From: Gonapodya sp. JEL0774
Taxonomy: Eukaryota
NCBI GenBank assembly: GCA_027604505.1
Contig: JADIIX010000048.1
Span: forward strand, 62,001 to 126,000
DNA length: 64,000 bases
Direction: 5' to 3'
Of this stretch, positions 24,199-36,951 are shown piece by piece (positions within the stretch are counted from its first letter, which is position 1; every line of letters starts with the position of its first letter). A program made the position numbers and the translations under genes. Under the pieces are notes generated by a model, which was not told the origin of the DNA, made no database searches, and was given only the letters and a program-made list of their open reading frames with translations.

Positions 24199-26084
24199 AT
24201 GTACCGCCGAACGTCGTTCACCGTCGAGGTTTCTTCGCTGTCATCGTCTCCAGTGGACGCCCGGTTTCACATTCCATCCAACCAGGAGCATCTTCCAACG
24301 ATTCGCTCCTTGTCCGCTTTAGACGGCGACAGGGACGGATCACCCAGTACAGACGATGACGAACACAAGCCCCTACTTTCAAATTCATCACTTCACCCTC
24401 GGGATTCTGGGCGATCGGTGGCTAATCGTGAAGCTGGTTCATCGCAACACCCTGTCATCTCTAGTACTTGGAAGGAGCTGTCAACGATCCTCCAGCTGGG
24501 AGCTCCAGCATGCATTAGCTATTGTGCCACTTTTGCAGCCAGTATTGTTGTGCAGGCTTTCATGGGTAGAATTGACTCGTTATCACTGGCCTCTGCTGCC
24601 CTCGCAACTACATTTTGCAATGTGACAGGGAGCTCGGTCTTGATCGGAGCAGCCTCTGGCCTTGATACACTCTGCGCTCAATGTTGTGGGTCCTCTAATG
24701 AAAAAGGTGCTGGAGAGGTATTTCAGCGAGGGGCCATTTTTGGGTGTTTTTTGTGTATTCCCATCGGGCTCCTCTGGCAATCCTCGGCGTTCATACTCAC
24801 CTTCGTTGGACAAGAAGCTGAAGTTGTCGCGCTTGCGACGTCGTACATAAACATTATGATATGGAGCTTGCCTGCGACAGCACTCGCCGAAACGCTTCGC
24901 CGCTTCTTCATGTCACACGCCAGAATGAAATTGACACTCGTCACTAGTGGGTTACTTTCCGCCCACTCTTCATCATCGCACTCACTGCTTCATTGCAATG
25001 AAAGCTGCATTGGCATCATCCGTTTTCGTATGTCTGAGCTATGCTCTGGTCTTCCACTCAAGTCTTGGTTTTTTGGGCGCACCGGTTGCTTCAGTCGTCG
25101 TTGCATGGTTTCACATGATACTTTTGATTGGCTGTTCCTTTGCATTTGAAAACAAAAGCACCATGTGGTTGCCTCAATTTTCAGTTTTGTTTGAGTGGAA
25201 AGGATGGGAAGTCTATCTATGCAAATCCCTCGCCGGGATTGTGAGCGTAGCTGGGGAATGGTGGGCGTGGGAGATTTGTACGCTTCTGGCGGGTGTTCTT
25301 GGAAGTAAATATTTGTCAGGTGAATGAGTACCCATGACGCATTTTCAAGTAGTGGGTGGTTCCTCACAGCATTGCGGCATCTTCCTCAGCGCAATCTATT
25401 GTTTTGAGCTTGTGTTCGCTGTGCGCCATGGTGCCCATGGGATTGGGTGTTGCTTCTGCCACAAGGATTGGAATTCTCGTGGGAGAAGGGGCTTCAATAA
25501 ATGCAAAGACAAGCTCCAGAGTTGCGCTTCTCCTTGCGGCTGGGATTGGTGTCTCAAACTTCTGCATTCTCTGCTTTGGCGTTTCTCTGCCTGCCATATT
25601 TACAAATGATAGTTACACTGTCGAGCTCGCGCAATCTATTCTGCCCATCGCCGCTCTGTTTCAAATCAATGACGCCCTCGCAACAACCAGTGGCGGAATA
25701 CTACGAGGCATAGGAAGACAGAAAGTCTCTGCGATGTTTGCGCTCGTTGGGTTTTACGGTGTTGGAATCCCAGCGGGCAGTTACTTGTGTTTCAGGTGGA
25801 AGTCCCTCAGGGGACTTTGGTGGGGCTTGCTTCTCGGAACCTGTCTCAGCGTACTACAGGTAATGACAATTCTTGTAACGGACTGGGAAGGCGAAGTGTT
25901 CCGAGCGGACAGAACGTTGCAAGTGTTTGGTGGTCTGGGCAAGGAGATTCCGGCGCAGCAAGACAGTGGTCCCGAAAGGAACATTGTTATTCGTACAAAT
26001 GCTTGGGATAGTCCCGGTTTGTTGTTCGGGAGGAAGCCCAAGCAACAGCTTGACACTAAATCAGGGGTGGCGTCCTTAGTTTAG
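24199..26084 (+). CDS. MATE-family multidrug/metabolite efflux transporter
   Basis: LASAALATTFCNVTG..GLDTLCAQ, EWWAWEICTLLAGVLG, GLGVASATRIG, GILRGIGRQK, FYGVGIP, GLWWGL, TDWE. A further small 3' exon is possible. Confidence 0.9.
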
Positions 26085-26333
26085 TCCCTGGAGCATTCAC
26101 AACCACTCACGCGAGACAAGGAACAACTTCTGTCTACTCAAGACATCCTCTGCTCCAGGACCTTGAACGCGCTACCACACAACTGTTACTCGCTATGATA
26201 CAGGAATTCACTGTAATAGCTTTACCTGAAACAGTTAGCATTTACCCTGGTCTTTTGTTACCGACAGCGCAGCCCACCCAGTATCGGCAAGTGTTCGAAT
26301 TTAGATATCTACATATCTTGTATGTATCATGAC

Positions 26334-29300
26334 TTAAAATGTCGGTACTGAGCTGTTGCATCTACAAACCTCGATCGTTGATTCATCTGGGACTCCAGGC
26401 CCCACATCGTTCCTTGCAAAGCTTTCCGAGATGCATTCGCATCCACACAAATGTCCAATGAACTCCTCTTGTGCTGACAGTATCTCAAAAGGGGTATCGA
26501 TCACAGCAACCTGTATAAAGCCCAATGAGACAAGTTGCGAGGCGAATCGCTGAAGATCCCAAGCAGATCATGTTGAATTTCAAAAATCACATCACGGTTG
26601 TCCAAGCATAAACTAACCATAGCTGCCAACCCACGATCTTCATCTGCTAACACCAAAACATAGATGGACTCTTCCAGTGCCAACCGTAGATATGTCGCCA
26701 TAGAGTCCAGTTCAACAGAGTCGATGTTGATCGAATTAAAAACATGCCGTGAGAGGAAGCTGGAAACAAAGGTGACAATAAGCTCGAAACAGCGAGAGTT
26801 TCTTTCGACTCAAAATCACTCGTCTTGCGGTCGTACGTCCAGGACGACACAATAGGGAAGCATCTTAAGAGTATCTCGAAATACGACTCTCCCGACGAGT
26901 TCCTATTGTCGTGCAGATATTTGCAAATTGTGAAAACTCCTGAATCTCGCAATTCAATCAAGGAGACCATAACCCACCTGTTTCCGTGTGGTGACTGGCC
27001 GACTTAGTTGATTCAACGGGGAGACATCTGCTTCACCCCGATTTGGATCAGAGACACTGTTAGGATCCCACTTCCCAAAAGGAAGCAGTGAATGTGGGGT
27101 AGTTTTGCACATTTGCAATGCATGGTTTAGGCAGGAGTCGACTTCTACTGATTCCGGAAGGTCACTAAAGAGGAGCATGCACTGCGTACACATCTAAATC
27201 AGAATCTCAAAAATCAACGGCATCCAGTTCTACTCACCTCATTAAACTCTCTCACCATGATTGTGTCCTTGGTCTGAGCCAGGATTGCCACACCAAAGAA
27301 CAGTGGGAGTGAAGGTGGCCCCACCAGAAATTTGTCATACAAATGATAAACCTTTTCGAGATTGAAAACATGAGCAAAAAGGGTCATGACCCAAGGAATG
27401 GCGTATAAATCGGGATGAAGTCCGATGGAATAAACGTAGGCAGACAGGGTGGGCTCATGGAAAGAGAGGAGGTGCTGGAAGGAACACATATACCTAGCAG
27501 TATATCATGAGAATAACTCAAACTACGGTCTTTTCGGCGCAAAAACGGTGCTCACTCTTGAAAAACTGGGGAGTTGTCGTGCACAAAAAAATTGCCCAAG
27601 AACTTCCCGACAAACCTTTGAAAACATGTGAACGCAAGTGCTTCTTCGTTGAAGTTCAGAGACAAAAATACTGCCGCGAGAGAGTCCAAGCCTTGCCAGT
27701 ATACCATTCGGTCCTTTTCCGCGGCAAGCCAAGCCTTCAGTACTCGTCGCAATCGTATATGACCTTCAGCGCTGGAGAGAAGTTCATTGTACTGGTGACA
27801 ACGTGGTATGTCAGCGTCCAGCTGCAGCAAACATAAAGTAATAAGAATGTTGTTCTCAGAATACAATTTCAGAAAGGACAACATGTACACGAACCTGCCG
27901 GTCAGTCTCTGTCTCAGTTTCCTTGTCAATAACATCGTAGTCCAGCTGTGTGTCACCCTCGATGTCAAGAAGCGCAGCCCAGACTTTCCCCCTGTAGATC
28001 TGCATTGGGGATTCCGGTTGTCCCGATGGGTCAGGCACAGCGACACATTCCCAGGTCCCAAACATTTTAGAGCACAAACTTACAGGTGGGATATCAATTT
28101 TAGCCTCCCTGTGCAGCTGACCCTTCTCCGTTGGCCACTCCAGCAACATCCTCGCAAACACTTGCATGCGGGAATATTGGTACCGCATGTCCCGTTCTCT
28201 CGTGGCCAGAGAAACACGCAGGTGCTGTTGACTCGCCGAACTGCTCCCCAAGTCCCCAGGGTCATCGGAACACAGCAAATCGTCGTGCCAGAAAAGTGCA
28301 TCATTAACAGGGTGTTGCGTCTCAATTGCGACGAGTGCAAGTGACGCTGGCGGTGTCGAAGCTGCCGCTTCAGCCAACACAGCCCGAACTCGAGAGAGAT
28401 TCAACGTGTAAATTCGGTCCGAGTACAGGTCCACACTATCGGTGTCTAATGAGTCGGAGGGTGACAGGATAGGCAGGGAACTGGGGCTTGATGATTGAAG
28501 TCCATTGTTTCTCGAGCTCGTCGCCAGTGGAGGGCGATGTGTACGGTCGCCGTGACGAACACACCGAGGCAATCGATACACTGATGGCGACCAACCGAAA
28601 CCCTGCTTAGCAAGTTCAACTTCGACATCGCCGCCAGAAAGCTTCCACAGATAGAAGAGTTCACCCGACGTGAGCCGTTCCGAAGGATGAAGCTCTTCTG
28701 AAGTGGTTGCCGGAGATGGTGAGGGGAAGGACGGTGGTATGGCAGACAACTTCCCTGCGGGATCGTGTCCTTTTACTCGCCTGACGATGCCGCTCTGACT
28801 GAATCGCACTGTCACCACACCATCGTCATCCTCGTCGATCTCGACTTCATCAACAATGGTTGTCTGGCGCGAAGGCTTAACTGGAGCCGGTGCGACATTG
28901 AGGAAAAATTCGTGACTAAGTAACGTCTCGAGATCCGCACGTCGGCGGGGATCAGGACACAGGCACGCAGTCGCAAACAGACGCAAGTCAGGGTCGAGCG
29001 AGGGATCATCGAGCCACTGGTCGATAGCTGGAATGTTAGTGCGTGGGCCAGTGTCGGGGCTTGTTCGGGCTCCGGCGATGGTAGAAAGGATCGACAGAAG
29101 CGGGGCATCAGACAGAAAGCAACGACCAGTATGGAGCTCCATGAGTAAAATTCCGAGAGACCACACGTCAGACTGAATTGGTAAGGAGCAAATGAACTTC
29201 TCGAATGCGGCTTCCAAGTGCTCTTGCATCATCTCACCTTCCAAAATGGTTCCGCCCGTTTCGATGGAGTACCAATAATCAGCTCTGGCGCAAGGTATCG

Positions 29301-30069
29301 CGGGTACCTGCCAATTACTTCAATGTATGAGTAGGCTACCGGCACATAAGACATACCGACCATACCCAATGGGGAACTCGACTTCCTGGCCGCCATATGT
29401 AATATAAAAAATGCCGAAATTGGAGAGTTTCACATTATCCTTTGAGTGTAGAAGGGAAGAAATCATAGTTGATCACATGAATACGCACAACAATAATTCT
29501 CGGTCAGCAACAGCACGGTTTGCCATTCAGTTCAGTGGTTGAAGGGCCACAGTGCTGGTTCCATTGCACAACGGCAAACCCCACCTTTTGATCCAAGAGC
29601 ACATTATTCAGAGCGAGATTCCTGTGTGCCATGCCATAGTCCTTAAGGTGACACAGTCCACAGAGGATCTGAAAGACCCATCGTCGCAAACGTTCCACAC
29701 TAATGACTGGCCCACTGCTGTTGACAACGCTGAGCAATGAATTGTCATAGTGCTCGGATACCACATATATCCGATCTGCAAGAACAAAACAGTTCCACAT
29801 TGCCAGTTCGCTTGTGAAGAAGACCATTTCAATGAGGTACCTCTCCGTCCTTTCAGCACCTCCACATACTGACAAAGGTTGGGATGCGCAAGATCCTTCA
29901 ACGACTGCGACCTGCCAATAATCATTGACGTGGTCGAAGACGAGCTCAGGGCTCTATAAGAGGGAGGGTTATCGAGGTCGTCTGGTTTGACTGCGAACGT
30001 CAGCACGCCCAGCTGACATTCTTCGCGGCGGAAATCGGGTGGTTTCAGATTTCTCCGAACCCCAAACAT
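26334..30069 (-). CDS. TBCK: TBC domain-containing protein kinase-like protein (pseudokinase + TBC + rhodanese-like)
   Basis: [106 protein letters not shown]. Confidence 0.92.
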
Positions 30070-30228
30070 GGTTCGCAGCACGCAGGGGGATTTTAGCGTG
30101 TGTAACCTGGCAACTCTAGTGAATAAATTGTCCCATATCCCAAACTAATTTTAGCACCTGTGGCCGACACACCAAACTCCGAACAAACCACACCGGAACT
30201 CGCTGGAACTCGCTCATCGTTTCTCCGT

Positions 30229-31346
30229 ATGGGAAGTGTGAACTACGCAGGAATGGCAATCAACCCGAATGTGCGGTTTCATCCCCCGTGCACCTTGCCT
30301 GGTTTGCTGCCAGAAGTCAGGACACAACCGCACTTTCTCAGTCTCACATCTTCGATCCCTGTGGATAAAACCGCCTTCGCAGGGAACTCCGCCAGTCAGA
30401 CCTGCTATAGGTGGCTCAGAGTACTCCGCCCTCTTAACTATGAGCAATGTCTATTCAATTCTCGTATCTCTCAACTTCCTTGAGGTTGCTTTCGCTTCGG
30501 GAGCCATCGAACAAGACGAGTGAGTTTCCGAGCCTTATGCTATAACGTATGTAGTACTACATAGCGGATGTTATCCACTTCAATCATTCTCAATGCTCTG
30601 TGACCTCAATGTCGTTGCCTCACTATGTTCGCAGGTACGCGAGTGAATGTCGAAGATTGTTACAGCAACAACGTATGGCCATGCAAATCCTTAGCAGGGG
30701 CGAAGATGAAGAGAAGTACCTGGACAAATTCACAGTGAAGTGGAATGTGAGGAGTGCCTTGAAAGTGCGAACCCTCTTGACCGTCGATCAACGGGTGACG
30801 AGATTTTCCGATAAAGATTGAAGGCCTCACTTACGCTCGCAATCGCATACGACGAGGTGAACCCGAAGGCGTCGTGGGTCAGGAGCCCCCTCCACAGTGG
30901 ACGAATGTGTCCGTACCAGGAGACGTTGGCTACGATGTTGCAACCGTACGTGAGCGCTCTCTGTGCGTCAGGATTTTATGTTCTGTGTTCTCAAATCTTG
31001 CTTGTACGTTCAGGCAATTCTGACCGCCAAAGATTCGATCCATCTTGGACAGCTGGACAAGGAATCTCTCCACCCAGCGCTTGGTAGAGCCGCTAGACTT
31101 TTGGTCAAGTACAAAGTATTTCCAGAAGGTGACGACAACTTTGAGAAGCTCAAGCGATGGTTGGTACGCTGTCATTTTCTGTTATGCATTACTTTGATTG
31201 CCGTTGCATCAATCCTGGACTGGGCATCTAGGCTAAAAAAACTCAACCGCCTCTCTGGTAGTCTGTCCCACGAGGAAGGCCAGCAACTGCGGTCGGATCT
31301 CGAGGGTTTAGAAAATGCGTTCCGTGTAGTGGCCGCTCGTGGTTAA
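30229..31346 (+). CDS. VPS28-like ESCRT-I subunit, paralogue A (start uncertain)
   Basis: NVYSILVSLNFLEVAFASGAIEQDE|YASECRRLLQQ resembles the VPS28 N-terminal domain. AKDSIHLGQLDKESLHPAL...KLKRW|LKKLNRL..SLSHEEGQQLRSDLE resembles the C-terminal four-helix bundle. Confidence 0.75.
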
Positions 31347-31476
31347 GTATAGAAGTGGTCTGTGAAGTCAAACCAAGCAGTGTAATATTTTGTACATAGT
31401 ATCGCATGGATTGTTCTTTTTGGAAGACATGAACATTTAGGTGTCCAACACGGAGTGGCCGATCCGGAAATGGTTC

Positions 31477-32921
31477 ATGTTGGAGATGGTGAGCGCGACT
31501 AACCGAGATTTCCCATGACAGTTAACTCAAGCATTGTTGCTGCATCATCAGGCTTCACCTGTCTCCATCTCGAAAACACCAGAGATAGAACTGATGGGGG
31601 TACTCTACTCCATCCTTGTCGCGATGAACTTTCTGGAACTTTCCTTCATCGCAGATCTGGTTACAGCCGAGGAGTAAGTAATGCATCGGCTAGTTTCGGA
31701 GAATCTAAGACATTTTTGCGCCGTTTTGACAAAGTTGTCTCCGCCAAGGTACCAGCTGCTTTGCGACGAACTGATTCAAAAGGAACGAGTGACAGTACAA
31801 GCACTTTCGCGAGATGTTCCTGCGAATGAGTACTTAGTGCGCTTTATGAAGGATTACGGGGTGAGTCTCGCACGAGAACATTATACTGGCATTCCGAAAC
31901 AACAATCCCCACAAACTGGCTACTGAAATTCACAGCTCGACGGCCTCGATCAAGCTAGGCACCGCTTTGAAATTGGCGTTAATGCCCAGGTTGAGCATCC
32001 GCTGGATCCTCCGTCAAACGGGAAGTTTGCTCCGATTGCCGCAATGGACACCATGCGGGTGAGTTGTGTGACGAGTGGACAAGGCAGCATATGAGCATGA
32101 TTCAAATGACTTCGTGTTCGGAAAGAGTATTATCAAAGCAATGGATGCCTTGGCACTTGGGGTCGTGGAGGTGGTCGAGAGAAGTGATGTGTTGCCGTAC
32201 CTGAGCTCTGTTTCCCGAAACCTGTCGAGATTCGCCGCACTTCCCCCCAACGAGCAATATCGCAAAAGAGCTAGAGAATGGTGAGTAGCCTTGAACGGAG
32301 TGCCCTTTGGAAACATTTATGTGATCACGGTGAACCAAGTTTCCAGGCTCCTTCGAATGAGTGCGGACGGGTACCCCGACAAGTTATCAGAAGATGACGT
32401 GCGCAACCTAACGTCTGATCTTAAGCAGCTTCTAGAATCTTATCAGCTCTCATTGGAGCGAACTCAGGTCCCTGGTGCCAAGGTTTCACCCAGCGTGACA
32501 TCGGAAGTCGCAAAAGTAAGGAAACCTCCACCACCTTTATTGACGTGACATTAAAATATCGCGCCTCACCGTTGTCAGTATACGGTCACTGCGATGGACG
32601 CTCTTGACGTGGATCTCCAAGCAGGCTCAGGCTTGTTCCGGTCAAAACAGGATCTTCAGGTCATCTCACGGATAGCAGTGACAAGTGCCCGAGGATCTGT
32701 TTTACCGAGCAATCATAGCTCGAGAGAGGCACTCGCGCGATGGTGAGTTCCCGGAATTAAACGCCTGACACTCTTTACTCACTATCAGTGTGTGTGATTG
32801 TCACAGGGTTGCGCGGATAAATGCACTGAGCTGGGGGGAGAGTCTACCTTTGATAGAGGCACAAGAATTAAAATCAGATTTAGAGCAGTTTTATGAAGCG
32901 TATCGAGAAGCGCTTCAATGA
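31477..32921 (+). CDS. VPS28-like ESCRT-I subunit, paralogue B with two C-terminal domains
   Basis: LYSILVAMNFLELSFIADLVTAEE|YQLLCDELIQK (N-terminal domain); then IIKAMDALAL..REW|LLRMS..LSEDDVRNLTSDL; then VTAMDALDV..LARW|VARINALSWGESL..EAQELKSDLEQFYEAY. Confidence 0.75.
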
Positions 32922-33128
32922 TTTCGGTGGCTCATTTTCAAGCTCAGGTAAACAGGGCGGGAAATCCTACGTTTCAGGTTTTTCGTTGTTCACGCATTCA
33001 AAAGCGAGTCGAAAAGCCCCGTTTTCTTGTTCGGCGGGGAACAGGTACAAGAAGATGTTCCACGTCCGCAGTCATGACCGACCAAATACACTGACAATTT
33101 CAATAATCGACTCAACACATTGTAGGTG

Positions 33129-36100
33129 ATGGAGGTCGACGGGCTGGAATCGAGGATCTCGTCCCCACAACATCTACTAGACAAGTTCATTTCTGGAGAA
33201 GAGTGAGTTGCTTGCGCTTCAAGTGTCAGCGTCCTCTTTAGCTGATTGATGCTCCCAACTACCACATTATGATTTGATTCGCGGTTGTTTCTATCGTATA
33301 ATCCCACCTCTTGGCGTGGGTGGCTGTCTTCTTGTCGACGTGTTCACGATGCGTCTTGGGCATGTGTGGCATGTTGCACTACAGATATGCATTGGAAGAA
33401 CACATATTGCGCCACCCCTACGTGCTGAAAAATTGGCTCACTTACATCGATCGGAAACGGAATGCTCCGTACGAAGCTCGCGTGTTTGTGTTTGACAGAG
33501 CTGTGAAGGAACTTCCGTATGTGTTTTGCATGCCATTGCATTTACTGCACAGGTTCTGAAAGGCGCCTGTATCGCAGGGGCTCCTACAAATTGTGGAAGC
33601 TCTACCTGGATTTTCGAACCTCCCATCTCATTCGTCCCGGAGCAACCCCAGACCCTGGTACTCTTCTCTACAACAGCGCAGATCTGCTTAGGCCCATCTC
33701 AGACCCGGCATGGCAGGAAGTTAACGCCTGTTTCGAAAGATCGCTGGTGCTTTTGAATAAAATGCCGGTTATTTGGAGCATGTATTGTCAGTGGGCACTA
33801 CAACAAGCAGGACTCGGAGTGAATATGAAATCAATCGAGGATTCGGATGATTTGGACAATGGAGAGGAGTCCGAGGTCGCTGGAGCAACTATTGGCACGA
33901 ACGAATTCAACCCTATAACTTTGACTCGTCGAACATTTGACCGTGCTTTGCGCGCTCTTCCAATCACTCAGCACGGGAGGATATGGCCAATGTACCTAAA
34001 GTTTGCGCAGACCATATCTGGGGAGACTGGAATGCGAATTTATCGGAGGCACCTCCAGCTGGATCCGAACGCGGCCGAAGACTTCGTAGATGTGCTTCTA
34101 GAGCTTAAACCCGAACCACGGTGGGTTGTTTGCTGGCGAATTGTTCTCCGTAGCTGGTTTTGCACAATGCAATTTAAACAAACAGATACGCAGAAGCTGC
34201 GCGAATCCTCGCTTCGCTTCTCACCCTACCCGACTTCAAATCTCGCCATGGACACTCTACCTTCACACTTTGGTCGCGCCTTTGTGACCTCATCACCTCT
34301 CATCCTACCGAAGTGCTGATGCCCACGCCGACAGACAACGTCGTTGTGCGGTCGTCAGTTGTGGGAAGGTCTCTTGCCAGCGTTGGTCGCGTCGAGCCAT
34401 TGGAAGTCGAGCAGTTGCTCCGCGCAGGAATCGCCAAATTCACTGACCAAGTCGGGAAATTGTGGAACACTTTAGCAAAGTTCTACATTTTGCAGGGTGA
34501 ATTTGAGCGAGCGAGGGACATTTATGAAGAGGCGATTGATAAAGTGGTCACTGTTCGGGATTTCAGTATGGTGTTTGACGCATACGTTGAGTTCGTCGGT
34601 GGATGGGTGGAAAGCGTTGTTGAGAGCGCTCGTAAGGCGGAAGTTCGGCGAAAGAAAAAACTGAAAAGGGAGAGAGCAAAGGCAAAAGCGAAGGTTGAAG
34701 CTAGGGCTCGGGGGAGGCGGGACGCAACCAGAGATGACGAGAGCGACGATGAGAGTGAGAACGATGAGGATGAATTGATTGACCCAACCACACTTGACTT
34801 GCATTTAGCAAGACTGGACGATTTGATGCGACGGCGCCCGTTCCTTGTGAACGAAGTCCTTCTGAGGCAGAATCCACACAATGTTCACGAATGGCTACGC
34901 CGAGTCAAGCTCTTCAGGGACGCCGGACTTGCAGGACAGGATGCAGGCAAGGATTCAAAACAGGACGAGGATACAAAACCCGAACGAGCCGCGAAGGATT
35001 TAGACGAGGATACTGCCGGGAAGGTAGTGCAGGTTTTCACCAAAGCGTGCGCGACGGTCAATCCAAAGAAAGCCTCAGGCAAGTTTAGTGATATTTGGAT
35101 CGAGTTTGCCAGCCTTTATGCGGAGCGCGGTGACATGACGAACGCGCGGACTGTCTTTGAGAAGGCATCAAAGGTTTCATTCAAGAAAGTGGACGAGCTC
35201 GTGGAGGTTTGGATACAGTGGTGCGAAATAGAACTTATTTATGGAGATATCAACAGAGCCTTGGATGTCATTGGCCGTGCTACAGCGCCCCCTGCTGGTA
35301 AAACTTCCGGAGGCGTTGGTGGCGATATGTCCATCGGCAAGGCCACCGCTGCCCTTGCACACATTCGATATTTGGACGAAACCATTCCTCCACAACAGCG
35401 AGTTTGCAAATCTCCTAGCTTGTGGAACTACTACGTGGACTTAGCCGAGGCTCTGGCGGATCCTGTGGACCAAACTGCCACGAACCTAGTCCGGACGGTG
35501 TACGACAGGATGTTGGAGCTGAAGGTTGCAACGCCGCAGACTATTGTGGATTACGCGACATGGCTGGAAGGAATCAACTACTGGGAAGAGAGTTTTAAGG
35601 TATATGAAAGAGGTATTGCTCTATTCGGGTGGCCAATCGCTTTTGATCTGTGGAACTTGTACTTGAGCAGATTTTTAGGAAGGTGAGTGTGCATAGTTGC
35701 CCGATTTCGTTACTTTGAAGTATTCGAATTTTGCTCTTTGAATGACGATCCCCGCAGGTACGGTGGTGCAAAGTTGGAACGCGCACGGGATCTCTTTGAG
35801 TCTGCTCTCACGGATGTCCCTCCTAAGTACGGAAAGCCTCTGTATCTTGCATACGCAAAGCTTGAAGAAGAACATGGGCTTGCGAAACATGCCATGCGGA
35901 TTTACGATCGAGCAACATTGTCAGTTGCCGAGGCAGATCGGTTTGCAATATTCCAGATTTATCTCTCCAAGGCTGCCTCGTGGTTCGGTCTTCCATCAAC
36001 TCGTGAAATATACCAGAAAGCAATAGAAAGCCTCCCGGATAAGCATGCGTTGCAGATGTGCCTTCGATTTTCTGATCTGGAGACGAAGCTCGGGGAGGTG

Positions 36101-36814
36101 GATCGCGCCCGACAGGTTTTGGCGTATGGCAGCCAGTTCGCGGATCCGCGAGTGGAACCTGGTTATTGGAGGGCTTGGCATGGATTTGAAGTTCGCTATG
36201 GAAATGAAGACACTTTCAAGGAGATGCTTCGAATCAAGCGTAGTGTTCAGGCCAAGTTCAATACTGAAGTTGGAGTAAGTGGCCGCATTCCCTTACATTG
36301 TTCAACTCATCCTTGTTAACGGCATACACTATCACTACAGTTCATATCAGCTCAAATACTTGCTGCAAAGGCTTCCCAGAACCCATCTGCGGATCCGACA
36401 AAACCACAGTCAGCAATGGAACTTCTCGAGCAAGAGGCACTTGCAGCTGAGCAGCAGGCGATTTTAGCGAACGAGAGAGCCGAAGAACAAAGGGAACGAA
36501 GAGAAGCGGGGATAGGGTCCATGTTTGTAAAAGCGAAGCATGGTGGACTCGCAGGCAATGCCGAAGGGGAAGGTTCAGACAAAGGTGGGACTGGAGGGAC
36601 AAACAACCCGGAGGCTATTGATATTGGTATGTTGGAGGATGAAGAGGATGACGATGCCACCGGCGGGGACGAATCAAATGAAGGCATTCACCAGCTCCAG
36701 GAAAAGGCAGTGCCAGAAGGTGTGTATGGAGGACTCTTAAAACGGGTGGCTCAGGACACTGATGGTTATGGTGAGGGCGGCGGTGGTGGACGAGAGGCTA
36801 AACGACGTCGTTGA
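33129..36814 (+). CDS. SYF1: Pre-mRNA splicing factor SYF1/XAB2
   Basis: EEHILRHPYVLKNWLTYI, RRTFDRALRALPITQHGRIW, RRPFLVNEVLLRQNPHNVHEW, YGGAKLERARDLFE, FEVRYGNEDTFKEMLRIKRSVQA, NPEAIDI. Confidence 0.96.
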
Positions 36815-36951
36815 GTTAGATAATTTCTTAGTTCTGTGCTGTGGTGTCCACACAACGAGTAAAGACGCTGTCTCATCAGATTTCGAAACAATCTGCATTA
36901 CAGCATCGAACCGGGGAAAGACCTTTTGGAGTGAATAAAGAATATATCCCA

